Source: Tubiluchus corallicola (lineage: Eukaryota; Animalia; Priapulida). Taken from it: DNA of 35,084 bases. Position numbers and translations under genes: made by a program. The number at the start of each line of letters is the position of its first letter. The first letter of the stretch is position 1. Positions 11,141-21,427 of this stretch are shown here, piece by piece. Where the stretch lies: NCBI GenBank assembly GCA_030141605.1, contig JAQGDQ010001548.1, forward strand, positions 1 to 35,084. Direction: 5' to 3'. The notes beneath the pieces are model-generated. The model was not told where the DNA came from, ran no database searches, and saw only the letters and a program-made list of their open reading frames with translations.

Positions 11141-11341
11141 GGTTGACATCCTTCTGTCTCGGAAGACAATGGAGTGTGCGTCAAGAGAGTCATTGATCAC
11201 ATTGATGGAGCTGCAGCTCCTCCGCCTAGTGTCGAGATACAGTGTGGGCATCTCGCAAGCCTACAGCACCTGGTATTCCTAGGCGGTCACCCATCCAAGT
11301 ACTAACCAGGCTCTACGTTGCTTAACTTCGGTGATCAGACA
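11141..11341 (-). mobile_element. 5S-derived SINE (SINE3-like) with RTE-derived bipartite tail
   Basis: 5S segment fused to 110 bp matching both ends of 32667-33071; flanked by TTA(T/C)AAACATT (11130-11140, 11342-11352). Confidence 0.8.
11257..11340 (-). pseudogene. 5'-truncated 5S rRNA sequence (about nt 37-120), head of a chimeric retroelement
   Basis: Minus strand GTCTGATCACCGAAGTTAAGCAACGTAGAGCCTGGTTAGTACTTGGATGGGTGACCGCCTAGGAATACCAGGTGCTGTAGGCTT is animal 5S rRNA with box A/IE/box C; no oligo-T terminator follows. Confidence 0.93.
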
Positions 11342-11373
11342 TTACAAACATTACACATGCTATAATTACTCAC

Positions 11374-11527
11374 CCTTTCATGGACTCAAAAAACTGCAGA
11401 ACATACGGATGAGTGTGAATGACTTCATCTCTGAACAGTTGAGTAACTAAACTGCTACTCAACGCCTGGCACCACAGTTCCGATGCACCCGGTGCAGCAA
11501 GGTGCTGATTACAAAGCATAAATCCAA
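11374..11527 (-). CDS. NCKAP1: NCKAP1 coding exon 8
   Basis: atttag|(F)GFMLCNQHLAAPGASELWCQALSSSLVTQLFRDEVIHTHPYVLQFFESMK+2 nt|gtgagt; 154 nt; LFRDEV motif. Confidence 0.93.
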
Positions 11528-11804
11528 CTAAATCAAAAAAGAAACGCAAAAATAAAACTTCCAGCTGCCCGTTTTTGAAAACTATGTTAACGAGCTTAAT
11601 TAATTAATTATTTCAATAAATAAACCGCTATACGTTTGTCAAGTTGCCACGTCCTAATTTAGAAATCAATGATTTCATGACGACGATAATACAGACGTTT
11701 AAAGGTGTTATAAAAACAAGTGCTGCTGCCACCTTTTGCTTGAAAAACAAAATAAAAAATTGCAAAGCTCGTGATAAGGTGGAAACAAAAGAGACTGGAG
11801 CGAG

Positions 11805-11994
11805 ATTAACTCAGGTAAAGAACTGCATTGCTAAAGGTTTGAAATGACCACATGTATGTAACTGTATTAACTCAGGTAAAGAACTGCATTGCTAAAGGTT
11901 TGAAATAACCACATTTACATAACTGTATTAACTCAGGTAAAGAACTGCATTGCTAAAGGTTTGAAATGACCACATGTACATAACTGTATTAACT
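11805..11994. repeat. 61-bp direct repeat x3
   Basis: ATTAACTCAGGTAAAGAACTGCATTGCTAAAGGTTTGAAA... at 11805, 11866, 11927. Confidence 0.9.
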
Positions 11995-12413
11995 GGCATA
12001 TGTATTAACTGTCACACACTACTAAGCACATTTACACTAAAGTAACAACGACCACGAACAAAGTACACCAGGCCAACAACAGCAGATAAAAACACTATAT
12101 AACAAAACATGACATGGTGTGATTTGAAATGATATATATAAGATTATATAATTACATGAATATTTTACTAAAATGGACATCATATCTATATAAATTGTTG
12201 CTTGCATTATAGTCACATGCGTTACTTGTGTGATTATAATGCAACCAATGGTGCAGGTGTTAGAGTGCATAAAAGGGAAGGTAAAAATGATGGAATGATA
12301 GTGGAGCGCGCAGGAGATGGGAATTAATAGGATTAGGTTAGTGAAACGATGAGAACGAGAATGAATATGAGATTGCTATTAAGACATTGCAAATATATAT
12401 AAACATTTATAAA

Positions 12414-13446
12414 CAGAAGTACACTATGGGTAAGTCTGTCGCACACCGTGGGCCGGTCTGTCGCACACCGTGGGCCGGTCTGTCGCACACCGTGAACGTG
12501 AAGAAGTACACTATGAGTCAGTCTGTCGCACACCGTGAACGTGAAGAAGTGTACTAACGGTCAGTCTGTCGCACACGGTGAACGTGAAGAAGTACACTAT
12601 GAGTCAGTCTATCACACACGGTGAACATGAAGAAGTACACTATGAGTCAGTCTGTCGCACACCGTGAACGTGAAGAAGTGTACTAACGGTCAGTCTGTCG
12701 CACACGGTGAACGTGAAGAAGTACACTATGGGCCAGTCTGTCGCACACGGTGAACGTGAAGAAGTGTACTATGGGCCAGTCTGTCGCACACGGTGAACGT
12801 GAAGAAGTACACTATGGGCCAGTCTGTCGCACACCGTGAACGTGAAGAAGTGTACTAACGGTCAGTCTGTCGCACACGGTGAACATGAAGAAGTACACTA
12901 TGGGCCAGTCTGTCGCACACCGTGAACGTGAAGAAGTGTACTAACGGTCAGTCTGTCGCACACGGTGAACGTGAAGAAGTACACTATGGGCCAGTCTGTC
13001 GCACACGGTGAACGTGAAGAAGTGTACTATGGGCCAGTCTGTCGCACACCGTGAACGTGAAGAAGTGTACTAACGGTCAGTCTGTCGCACACGGTGAACG
13101 TGAAGAACTACACTATGGGCCAGTCTGTCGCACACCGTGAACATGAAGAAGTGTACTAACGGTCAATCTGTCGCACACGGTGAACGTGAAGAAGTACACT
13201 ATGGGCCAGTCTGTCGCACACGGTGAACGTGAAGAAGTGTACTATGGGCCAGTCTGTCGCACACCGTGAACGTGAAGAAGTGTACTAACGGTCAGTCTGT
13301 CGCACACGGTGAACGTGAAGAAGTGTACTATGGGCCAGTCTGTCGCACACGGTGAACGTGAAGAAGTGTACTAACGGTCAGTCTGTCGCACACGGTGAAC
13401 GTGAAGAAGTACACTATGGGCCAGTCTGTCGCACACCGTGAACGTG
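12414..13446. repeat. Minisatellite, 43-bp unit, about 23 copies, inside a SINE (intron 7)
   Basis: Unit GTCTGTCGCACACGGTGAACGTGAAGAAGTACACTATGGGCCA with variant ending TGTACTAACGGTCA; 22-bp sub-units at 12434-12490. Confidence 0.95.
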
Positions 13447-13527
13447 GTATGACCCGGGCGCTGGTTCGAACTCACGACCTCACAGATGGAAAGCAGACGC
13501 ATTACCACTAGACTAAACCGTCTGGTC
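13447..13527 (-). mobile_element. tRNA-derived SINE head (possibly tRNA-Gly TCC-like)
   Basis: Minus strand A box TAGTCTAGTGG (13505-13515), B box GTTCGAACC (13463-13471), CTGCTTTCCA anticodon-like region; cloverleaf stems incomplete. Confidence 0.72.
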
Positions 13528-13617
13528 TTTAAGAAAAGTTTAAAACGCTGATATAAAAAACACACAAATGGGGGCAGCAGACATTGTTTAGATTAAATCA
13601 ATTTGATTTGTACTTAC

Positions 13618-13804
13618 ATACGATGTAGCGTTCCATTGTGTCAAGTGACAGGTATTCACACGGCATGGTCTCGGTCTGCGCCGGATTCAACATCTGCCCG
13701 GGCGCTGTGACGAGACTCAACATCTGAGCAGAACGCCATTGTTTCGCACTGAGATTACGACGCGGGTACACGGTTTTCAGTGACAACAATGCTCTAAGCA
13801 GAAG
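13618..13804 (-). CDS. NCKAP1: NCKAP1 coding exon 7
   Basis: ttttag|[62 protein letters not shown]+1 nt|gtaagt; 187 nt. Confidence 0.95.
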
Positions 13805-13930
13805 CTAAAAACAAAGAGGCGGGTCTCCAAATGCAAAAGTGAAAATTTATTGTTGTATCAAACGACATAGTTGACAAAACAAATCAGAAAAGAAGTTAAA
13901 ATATCCATAAATCTGAATGAACTCTTTATT

Positions 13931-13980
13931 TTTTCTTCAGAACTTTTCGTCCTCTCGGAGTTCATCAGATGCAGAGAAAG
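13931..13980 (-). ncRNA. Degenerate minimal hammerhead-like motif (possible Penelope-like remnant)
   Basis: Minus strand CTGATGA-AC-TCC-GAGA-GGA-C-GAAA-AGTTC; stem II closing pair mismatched. Confidence 0.38.
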
Positions 13981-14063
13981 ATACAATAATAAAAACTTAC
14001 AGATGAAAGTACATATATAATAAAGGTGTACAATGGTGTGTACAAAGGTGTAATAATAATAAG

Positions 14064-14176
14064 GTATACAATGTCAGTAAAATGAAGGGTACAAAAAGCA
14101 TGAAGAGGCTGAATTAAAAAACAATAAAAATAAGAATTATGCTTTTAGTACCCTTTATTTTACTGACATTGTACAC
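14064..14176. repeat. Inverted repeat, 38-bp arms (35/38), 37-nt spacer
   Basis: GTATACAATGTCAGTAAAATGAAGGGTACAAAAAGCAT versus ATGCTTTTAGTACCCTTTATTTTACTGACATTGTACAC. Confidence 0.85.
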
Positions 14177-14268
14177 AGTTTGTTTATTTCTTACTGGCTA
14201 GCAGTAATCTTTTAAATTTTTTCAATGCACATTTTTCACGCTTTGTTTTTTAGTTTCGCAATCCTAAA

Positions 14269-15564
14269 TTATCGTATAATTATCGATTAGTGAATAGTCT
14301 CTTTTTTGTATCGTAAATTATCGATTAGTGTATAGTCTCTTTTTTGTATCGTAAATTATTGATTAGTGTATAGTCTCTTTTTTGTATCGTAAATTATCGA
14401 TTAGTGTATAGTCTCTTTTTTGTATCGTAAATTATCGATTAATGTATAGTCTCTTTTTTGTATCGTAAATTATCGATTAATGTATAGTCTCTTTTTTGTA
14501 TCGTAAATTATCGATTAATGTATAGTCTCTTTTTGGTATCGTAAATTATCGATTAGTGTATAGTCTCTTTTTTGTATCGTAAATTATCGATTAATGTATA
14601 GTCTCTTTTTGGTATCGTAAATTATCGATTAATGTATAGTCTCTTTTTTGTATCGTAAATTATCGATTAATGTATGGTCTCTTTTTTGTATCGTAAATTA
14701 TAGATTAATGTATGGTCTCTTTTTTGTATCGTAAATTATAGATTAGCGTATAGTCTCTTTTTTGTATCGTAAATTATCGATTAGTGTATAGTCTCTTTTT
14801 GGTATCGTAAATTATAGATTAGTGTATAGTTTCTTTTTTGTATCGTAAATTATCGATTAATGTATAGTCTCTTTTTGGTATCGTAAATTATCGATTAATG
14901 TATAGTCTCTTTTTTGTATCGTAAATTATCGATTAATGTATAGTCTCTTTTTTGTATCGTAAATTATCGATTAGTGTATAGTCTCTTTTTGGTATCGTAA
15001 ATTATCGATTAATGTATAGTCTCTTTTTTGTATCGTAAATTATCGATTAATGTATAGTCTCTTTTTGGTATCGTAAATTATCGATTAGTGTATAGTCTCT
15101 TTTTTGTATCGTAAATTATCGATTAATGTATAGTCTCTTTTTGGTATCGTAAATTATCGATTAATGTATAGTCTCTTTTTTGTATCGTAAATTATCGATT
15201 AATGTATGGTCTCTTTTTTGTATCGTAAATTATAGATTAATGTATGGTCTCTTTTTTGTATCGTAAATTATAGATTAGCGTATAGTCTCTTTTTGGTATC
15301 GTAAATTATCGATTAGTGTATAGTCTCTTTTTTGTATCGTAAATTATCGATTAGTGTATAGTCTCTTTTTTGTATCGTAAATTATCGATTAGTGTATAGT
15401 CTCTTTTTTGTATCGTAAATTATCGATTAGTGTATAGTCTCTTTTTTGTATCGTAAATTATCGATTAGTGTATAGTCTCTTTTTTGTATCGTAAATTATA
15501 GATTAGTGTATAGTCTCTTTTTTGTATCGTAAATTATAGATTATTGTATAGTCTCTTTTTTGTA
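14269..15564. repeat. Minisatellite, 38-bp unit, about 34 copies (intron 6)
   Basis: Unit TATCGTAAATTATCGATTAGTGTATAGTCTCTTTTTTG. Confidence 0.97.
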
Positions 15565-15699
15565 CTCATGAATGCGTATGTTCTGATAATTATGGTATAC
15601 GCGGCAACACTACTCGGCCGTTAATACACCGATTTGGCGGAAAATTTGACACTTTTTAGCCTCCGATACAATGAGCATCATACAAAACGGCAAGCCTGG

Positions 15700-16017
15700 C
15701 AGAAAACTCTTAATCTTTATCAATTTAAAGAAGCATCAAAGAATTACTTACTACAACGGCATAATTAACTCACAATTTTACTCATCCTGATCTTAAGTTA
15801 CTAACAAAACTTATTTTGTTCTAATGTACGTTATAACTGATGAAAATGTAATGTTAATTGTCAATTGTTTCACTTATCTGGAGGAGGACTCGAAAGCTCA
15901 ATGCTCCTTCCTCCTCCTCACAGTGACTCGTTTAGTTTATCATTTTTTTTCAGTGTAATAACAATTTGTATGTATGTTTGTATTGTTGTGGAATAAATTC
16001 ATAATTCATAATTCATT
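15700..16017 (+). mobile_element. CR1/L2-type LINE 3' end
   Basis: LNLYQFKEASKNYLL ORF2-like end, GGAGGAGG...CCTCCTCC stem-loop, AATAAA then (ATTCATA)n tail. Confidence 0.5.
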
Positions 16018-16118
16018 GTCGACCTTATTGTTTCTGTACCCACAACATGTTCACTATAACAATCTTGTGCTGTAATTTAAAATCACTTTTCAACATTATA
16101 ACTGCTTATTAGACTTAC

Positions 16119-16209
16119 CTTGCTATGAGGAACAAATTCTTCCGACAATTTCTTTAGTGGCTGATCATAATCTAATATCATTTGTCCTAATCTTGGAAAA
16201 TTAGGATCA
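16119..16209 (-). CDS. NCKAP1: NCKAP1 coding exon 6
   Basis: ttgcag|(S)[30 protein letters not shown]|gtaagt; 91 nt. Confidence 0.95.
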
Positions 16210-16806
16210 CTGCAAATAGAAGATGTATTAAACATTATCATAAAAGACCGGTTCAGGTCGAGTCAAATACCCCAGCTGTAGTATTATGAAGTTGTGTTTA
16301 AAGTGAAGCAAAGCATACATTGAAACCCGGTAATATGAATTTTACAGGACCCTGATATTTTTTCCCATTAAGCGTGTTTCATATTATCCATTATGTACAT
16401 TTCTATTGACTCCTAATGTTATTTCTATGGTAAAATGGCAATTATATGATGCCTGTAGCCTATAAAATGGTTATCTTTTGATCGGTGAACGTAATTTAAG
16501 TTTGTTTACCCCCCCCCCCCGTTTCTCACATGTACAAATTACAAACAACATGCTGCCAGTCAGTCTAGTACAGTTGACCCAATCCTGCAAGCAAGAGGGT
16601 TAGTGGTGCCAGAGAGACTGCAATATGCAATTTTTTGCTGCTTTAATATTACAAGTGATTTTTCATATTGAACTCATGTTGGCGGGACGGGACTTTGAGA
16701 AATAATCGTATAAAATTAGGTTTCGTAGTAACGATTTTCGAGTTAAGGATAAGTGATTACATAAGATTTCTTCTAACCTTGGCAGAGACGTAATAAAATC
16801 ATTCTA

Positions 16807-17246
16807 CAGTATTCCCTCGCTACTTCGCGGTTCATTTATCGCGGACTTGCTGTTTCGTGCGTTTTCAAAAATATTAATGTTAACTATTTATCGCGGTGTT
16901 TTCGCCATTTCACGGGTTTTTGAGGTACTTTGTCTAAAGTATTTTTGCACATGCATAGTACGTATTGTACAGCAATGTATAGATTTGATGAATTTTGCAT
17001 AAAAAATCACAAAATGTATGAAAATATATTAAAAATATTAATTCTAACATTAAATTAATATTATAAATGATAAAAAATTACCATTTACGGTAAATAGTGT
17101 ATTCATTCGGCGGATGAATACACACCAAAAATGAAATGTAGTACTTGCGCCCGCTTGAGATGCTACTTGCCGACGTGAGATTATATAGCGCCCCTTCGCG
17201 GAAATTCACTTATCGCGGGTGGGCCTCGATAACTGAGGGAGCACTG
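16807..17246. mobile_element. Degenerate Tigger/pogo-like MITE
   Basis: TA-CAGTATTCCCTCG...TGAGGGAGCACTG-TA; subterminal TATCGCGG/TTCGCGG repeats. Confidence 0.7.
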
Positions 17247-17392
17247 TATTACTGTGACAAGAGTTTCGTTATAAGCTGAATCGTAGTATCGAATTTTGAC
17301 TGCATATGCATATACATATAGGTAAACAGCTCAGATCAGAAAATTAACATATGACTAAGAGGAAGGTAAGAAACATGAAGTTGCTTTAATTA

Positions 17393-17982
17393 CCGTATAT
17401 ACCTGTGTACAAGTCGACCTTATGTACAAGTCGATGTGCATTTTAAGATCAAAAATTGCATCATTTTATATATTACCTGCGTACAAGTCGACCATAAAAT
17501 ATTAAGATCTTCCAGAGTAAATGACGAAGTGTTTTATATACGCGTGTATGCTGGTAATCGATACTTTGCCAATAAAATATGCATATATAAAGCCAGTGTA
17601 AAATTTCCCGTGGAAGCCGAGAGGTGGCAGCACCTGCACAACATTGGCGATTTCCATGTTCTGAGCGAGTGCTCTGCCGCTAGTTTATTTACCGGTAATG
17701 CATAAATTTTAACTTAATTTCACATACATTAAAATAAATTACAGTAATATTTGTTAATTTTGTGAAGTAATGTCAAGATGCGAACATTCTCTGATGTGAA
17801 GTATCACAGTATAAGTGTTCATTCAGTCCAGCGTATAATGAAAGATTATTTCTTTACATATTCGGATTGTAGACGACTCTTTAGCGACATCTCCCAAAAA
17901 TATCGTAAGTATAAGTCGACCCAAAAAATTTTACCTTAAAATCGCCTTCCCAAAAATTCGACTTGTACATGAGTATATACGG
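17393..17982. mobile_element. Tc2/pogo-like MITE, related family
   Basis: TA-CCGTATATAC...GTATATACGG-TA; subterminal GTACAAGTCGAC repeats; ends 12 bp from the exon 5 boundary. Confidence 0.82.
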
Positions 17983-17994
17983 TACCTAACCCAC

Positions 17995-18137
17995 CTGTTA
18001 CCATGTAAGAGTTCATGTGCTGCATTGAAGAGACCAAGAACAACTTTCCTATCTTCCACTCTAGATAGCAGCACCATCAGTCCTGTGTACGCCACCACTA
18101 AATCTAGGTAACACTTCGTCAGGTCAAAACACGTCGT
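17995..18137 (-). CDS. NCKAP1: NCKAP1 coding exon 5
   Basis: tttcag|[47 protein letters not shown]+2 nt|gtgggt; 143 nt. Confidence 0.94.
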
Positions 18138-18276
18138 CTGAAAAGCAGAGGAAAACAATATTTGGCTCAAGTTTACAATTCCCCCCATTAGTTTGTGAAG
18201 CAGATTAGGGTTAGGGTAAGGTGTAAGGTATTTAAATTGTACGGGAAATTGTAAACTTCTTCCTAACATTTATATC

Positions 18277-18378
18277 TAAATGTAGCCACGAGTAGGCCTA
18301 TAAATGTAGCCACGAGTGGGCCTATAAATGTAGCCACGAGTAGGCCTATAAATGTAGCCACGAGTAGGCCTATAAATG
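18277..18378. repeat. 24-bp tandem repeat x4
   Basis: TAAATGTAGCCACGAGTAGGCCTA. Confidence 0.9.
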
Positions 18379-18411
18379 TTTTGTTTTTTGGACACTTTTG
18401 TCATGCTATGT

Positions 18412-18893
18412 CGGGGGTGTGCAAATTATCTGACTAGCCAGGCCACATTAAACTTTCCCGCAATTCCTGCGGGCCACAGGCAGTTTGATCAAGGAGCCAA
18501 GTACAGAAAGGTCTAATAACGATTTTTTTGCATCCGACCTGCGTACATCATTACTACTACACTCAAGAAACTATTTTAGAAGTTATTAAAATTTATATTA
18601 CAAACCATATATTTCTACTTTCAGGACAGATAATGGTAATTTCATTACAATGCATATTAGTAATGTGTATCACACAGTCTGTGTAGTGCAGTGACATTAA
18701 GCTACAACCGTCTTGTACGGGTTAAAGGCATCCGATCTAGTAGAAAAAACTACCCGCACTATCTTTGGGATCGTGGCACAGACTTCAGCTGGATACACTC
18801 AATTAATCGCCCGGGCCGCACTTTCATTAGGTTGACAAATCTCTTTGCAGGCCGCACAAATTCTCTCGACGGGCCGCAATTTGCACACCCCTG
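18412..18893. mobile_element. hAT (Charlie-like) MITE
   Basis: TIR C(G/A)GGGGTGTGCAAATT; subterminal GGCCGCA/GGCCACA repeats; TSD decayed. Confidence 0.72.
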
Positions 18894-19115
18894 ATTTATA
18901 TAAAATCATATTGCTAACAAGACTGCACATAGTTTACTTGTGAATAACATGAATGGAAATTTCCAAATAATACAGTTTAAGCAAATCCACATAACATGTG
19001 TAAATAACAGTTTAAAATCTGCAACGTTTATAAAACAAGAGAGGCAGTTTAACGTCGTCGAAAAGCCATAGAAGTGAAGATAGAAGCGTTTTATTAAAAA
19101 ACAGACTGCACTCAC

Positions 19116-19172
19116 AATGTTGAACAAGACTTGACAAGTGTCCATCGTTGTAAGAAGTTCACTCACATGATC
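19116..19172 (-). CDS. NCKAP1: NCKAP1 coding exon 4
   Basis: gcatag|DHVSELLTTMDTCQVLFNI|gtgagt; 57 nt. Confidence 0.94.
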
Positions 19173-20021
19173 CTATGCAAAAATAAAAATTGTATTCGTG
19201 TGAACTAATTAAGTTTGTTATTAACTCCTTATCAATACAGACTCTTCCACAGTTTGGCATACGGTAAACTGGTATTAACCCTCAACTGATGCTTATCATG
19301 GAGTTTACACGAAGGCCACGCAAGCTGAATCTGTATGCAAACCCTGATGTTTGCTATTGTGAGAAAATATGTAACACCTAATTGACAACAATCGTGGCTA
19401 GTCGACTTCGGAATAGGATAGCCCTATTGTGTAGGGTGTCAAACAAATTAGTTTCACGCTGCTTTAGGCAATCAGATAATTCATTAGGGTAGATTCACGT
19501 TAATAATTTTGCTTCACGTTACTTAAAATGCTGCAAAGCTGTCAAAACGTGTTAAATCACCAAGATTTTGGTTTCCATGGTTATGACCTTAATGTTTGTC
19601 ACTCACAAATGTGACACCACGAATAAATATGAGCAGAAAATGGGAGCAATAAGCGTTAATACTCTGTTGTCCGTTTTTCAAGTGAAACTTTAGTGCAAAA
19701 AGACCAAATATTTATAACAGGCCTCAAACAAGCCATTTGCTACAAATGACTGAGTTTCCCAATGCCAATTCTAGTGCTGAAAACCAGCAGACTTAATTAT
19801 TAATATGAAAATATTCTGTGTTATTGTCTACTGCACGCCTCACTCACCCTCACAGTACATAATGCAACATTGTCAGCTGCCGCAAGAGCCACCTAGCGGT
19901 GGACAAATGCCACCTTTGTTACAAGTTAATTCGTTAGTGGCCAGATTCAACCTGCGTGCTTTCTTGTTAAAGTTAGTATACGTCATGACGAAGCCCAGTA
20001 TAATCCTCTATTTACTGTAGG

Positions 20022-20423
20022 TAGGGGTGAGCATCGAACGCTCGAATTCGATTCAAACGAGTTTTTTTAGTTCAAACTCGATTCGAATCCAAAACTATAG
20101 ATTCGAATAATTCAGCACTTCAATCACACACGTTCTTTATCACTAAAACGATTGAAGCATCATGCAATTAGCGTGATTTAGCTGTGATTTCTGCACACAA
20201 TTTTAAAGAAATTACTAGTCGTTTTATTGCAGAACAAAATCTAGTGATATGCATGATCTTTGTAAGACTAATTTTTGCTGGTGGTTCGAAAACTTGTTCG
20301 AAAATCTTTCAATCTCAATTCGAATTTGGTTCGAATTCGAAATATTGAAGTTCGGTTCGAATTCGAAAGTCACAAATTCGATTCGATTCGAATTCGCTTT
20401 CTGGTAGAGAATGCTCACCCCTA
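20022..20423. mobile_element. hAT-superfamily MITE
   Basis: 13-bp TIR TAGGGGTGAGCAT; perfect 8-bp TSD ACTGTAGG (20014-20021, 20424-20431); TTCGAA-rich subterminal regions. Confidence 0.92.
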
Positions 20424-20715
20424 ACTGTAGGATGAGATATCCATGACATCACTGACTCGTGCATACCAAAATAACCTGACACAGTACGACAGAAGACCCA
20501 CACAGAAGCATGGTTACCTGTAGGTCACCCAAGCAATTAATAAGCAGACCCAACATTGGGTAACTTCAGCTTGCTAACTGGTAAGTACCACTCCTTCCGA
20601 GACCTGGCCTTGAGTATTTCGCGTTGCCGATAAAAACAAAATAACAGAAGCAGTGAAATAAATAATTATCAAAAAAAATTGCACATTTAAATTTGATATT
20701 GCTGTAGATCAGTAC

Positions 20716-20808
20716 CTTGAAATCCAGCAAGTCGACAAATGTAAAGTAATACAGGGCTAGAGATTTGACGATGTCTGCTTTCATTTGATTCACAGCATTC
20801 AGTGTGCT
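20716..20808 (-). CDS. NCKAP1: NCKAP1 coding exon 3
   Basis: ctacag|STLNAVNQMKADIVKSLALYYFTFVDLLDFK|gtactg; 93 nt. Confidence 0.95.
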
Positions 20809-21427
20809 CTGTAGAAAAATAAAAACACATGAGTAATTAGATTGAGCACTGACTAATGTACAACTTTGAAAAATATGCACAAGCAATTTGTTTTGGACAT
20901 AAGCACGTGGTGCCTCCTTGTGTTTGTTTTTTGCAAATTTAGGCTGTTGATAGACAGGTGAGCTACGACAGGAAATAGGCCATTGGCCTCATTTTTGCAG
21001 ACAGGATAGGAAAGAAGTCATTCTTGTTCAGTACGTCGTGTCGTTTTATAACAAAAATTTTGTCAGTCGAGTTCTCTTTAGCAAGTTAGTAAGATGCGGC
21101 AAAGATGTAAGTTTGATTTCTTCATATTTCATAATATTATTATACATTTTCATTATAGCAGTTAATTATCTTTTTGACATTGGATTAGCAGAAAATGTTT
21201 TTATTTGCTTCAGATAAAACGAAGTCGAATCGCTCATAATATGTCAGTCAGTCAGTCAGTCAGTCAAATATGTCATGATGTGATAGTGATTTTGGGATGA
21301 GACGATGATTGCCCATTTTGGACAATAAAAAAATCGTAAATTACATCTAAAAGACTGTTGGACTTGTATTTAGTACATGTCGTGCACATAATTCAATACC
21401 TAAAGCTTATGAGGTAAATGAAAAGTA

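Noticed and set aside
11257-11340. Functional 5S rRNA gene
   Set aside because: Lacks the first about 36 nt and the oligo-T terminator; fused to retroelement sequence.
13447-13527. Functional tRNA gene
   Set aside because: A and B boxes present, but acceptor and anticodon stems do not pair fully; continues into repeat body.
1007-15564. Arrays as CRISPR loci
   Set aside because: Head-to-tail units with no unique spacers, no cas genes, spliceosomal gene context.
18206-18222. TTAGGG telomeric-like repeats (also 24772-24795)
   Set aside because: Only 2-4 imperfect units; too short to call interstitial telomere or assign to an element.
19252-19341. Terminal stem GTTTGGCATACG...TGTATGCAAAC as intronic snoRNA or miRNA
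   Set aside because: No canonical C/D or H/ACA boxes on the transcribed strand and no extended hairpin.
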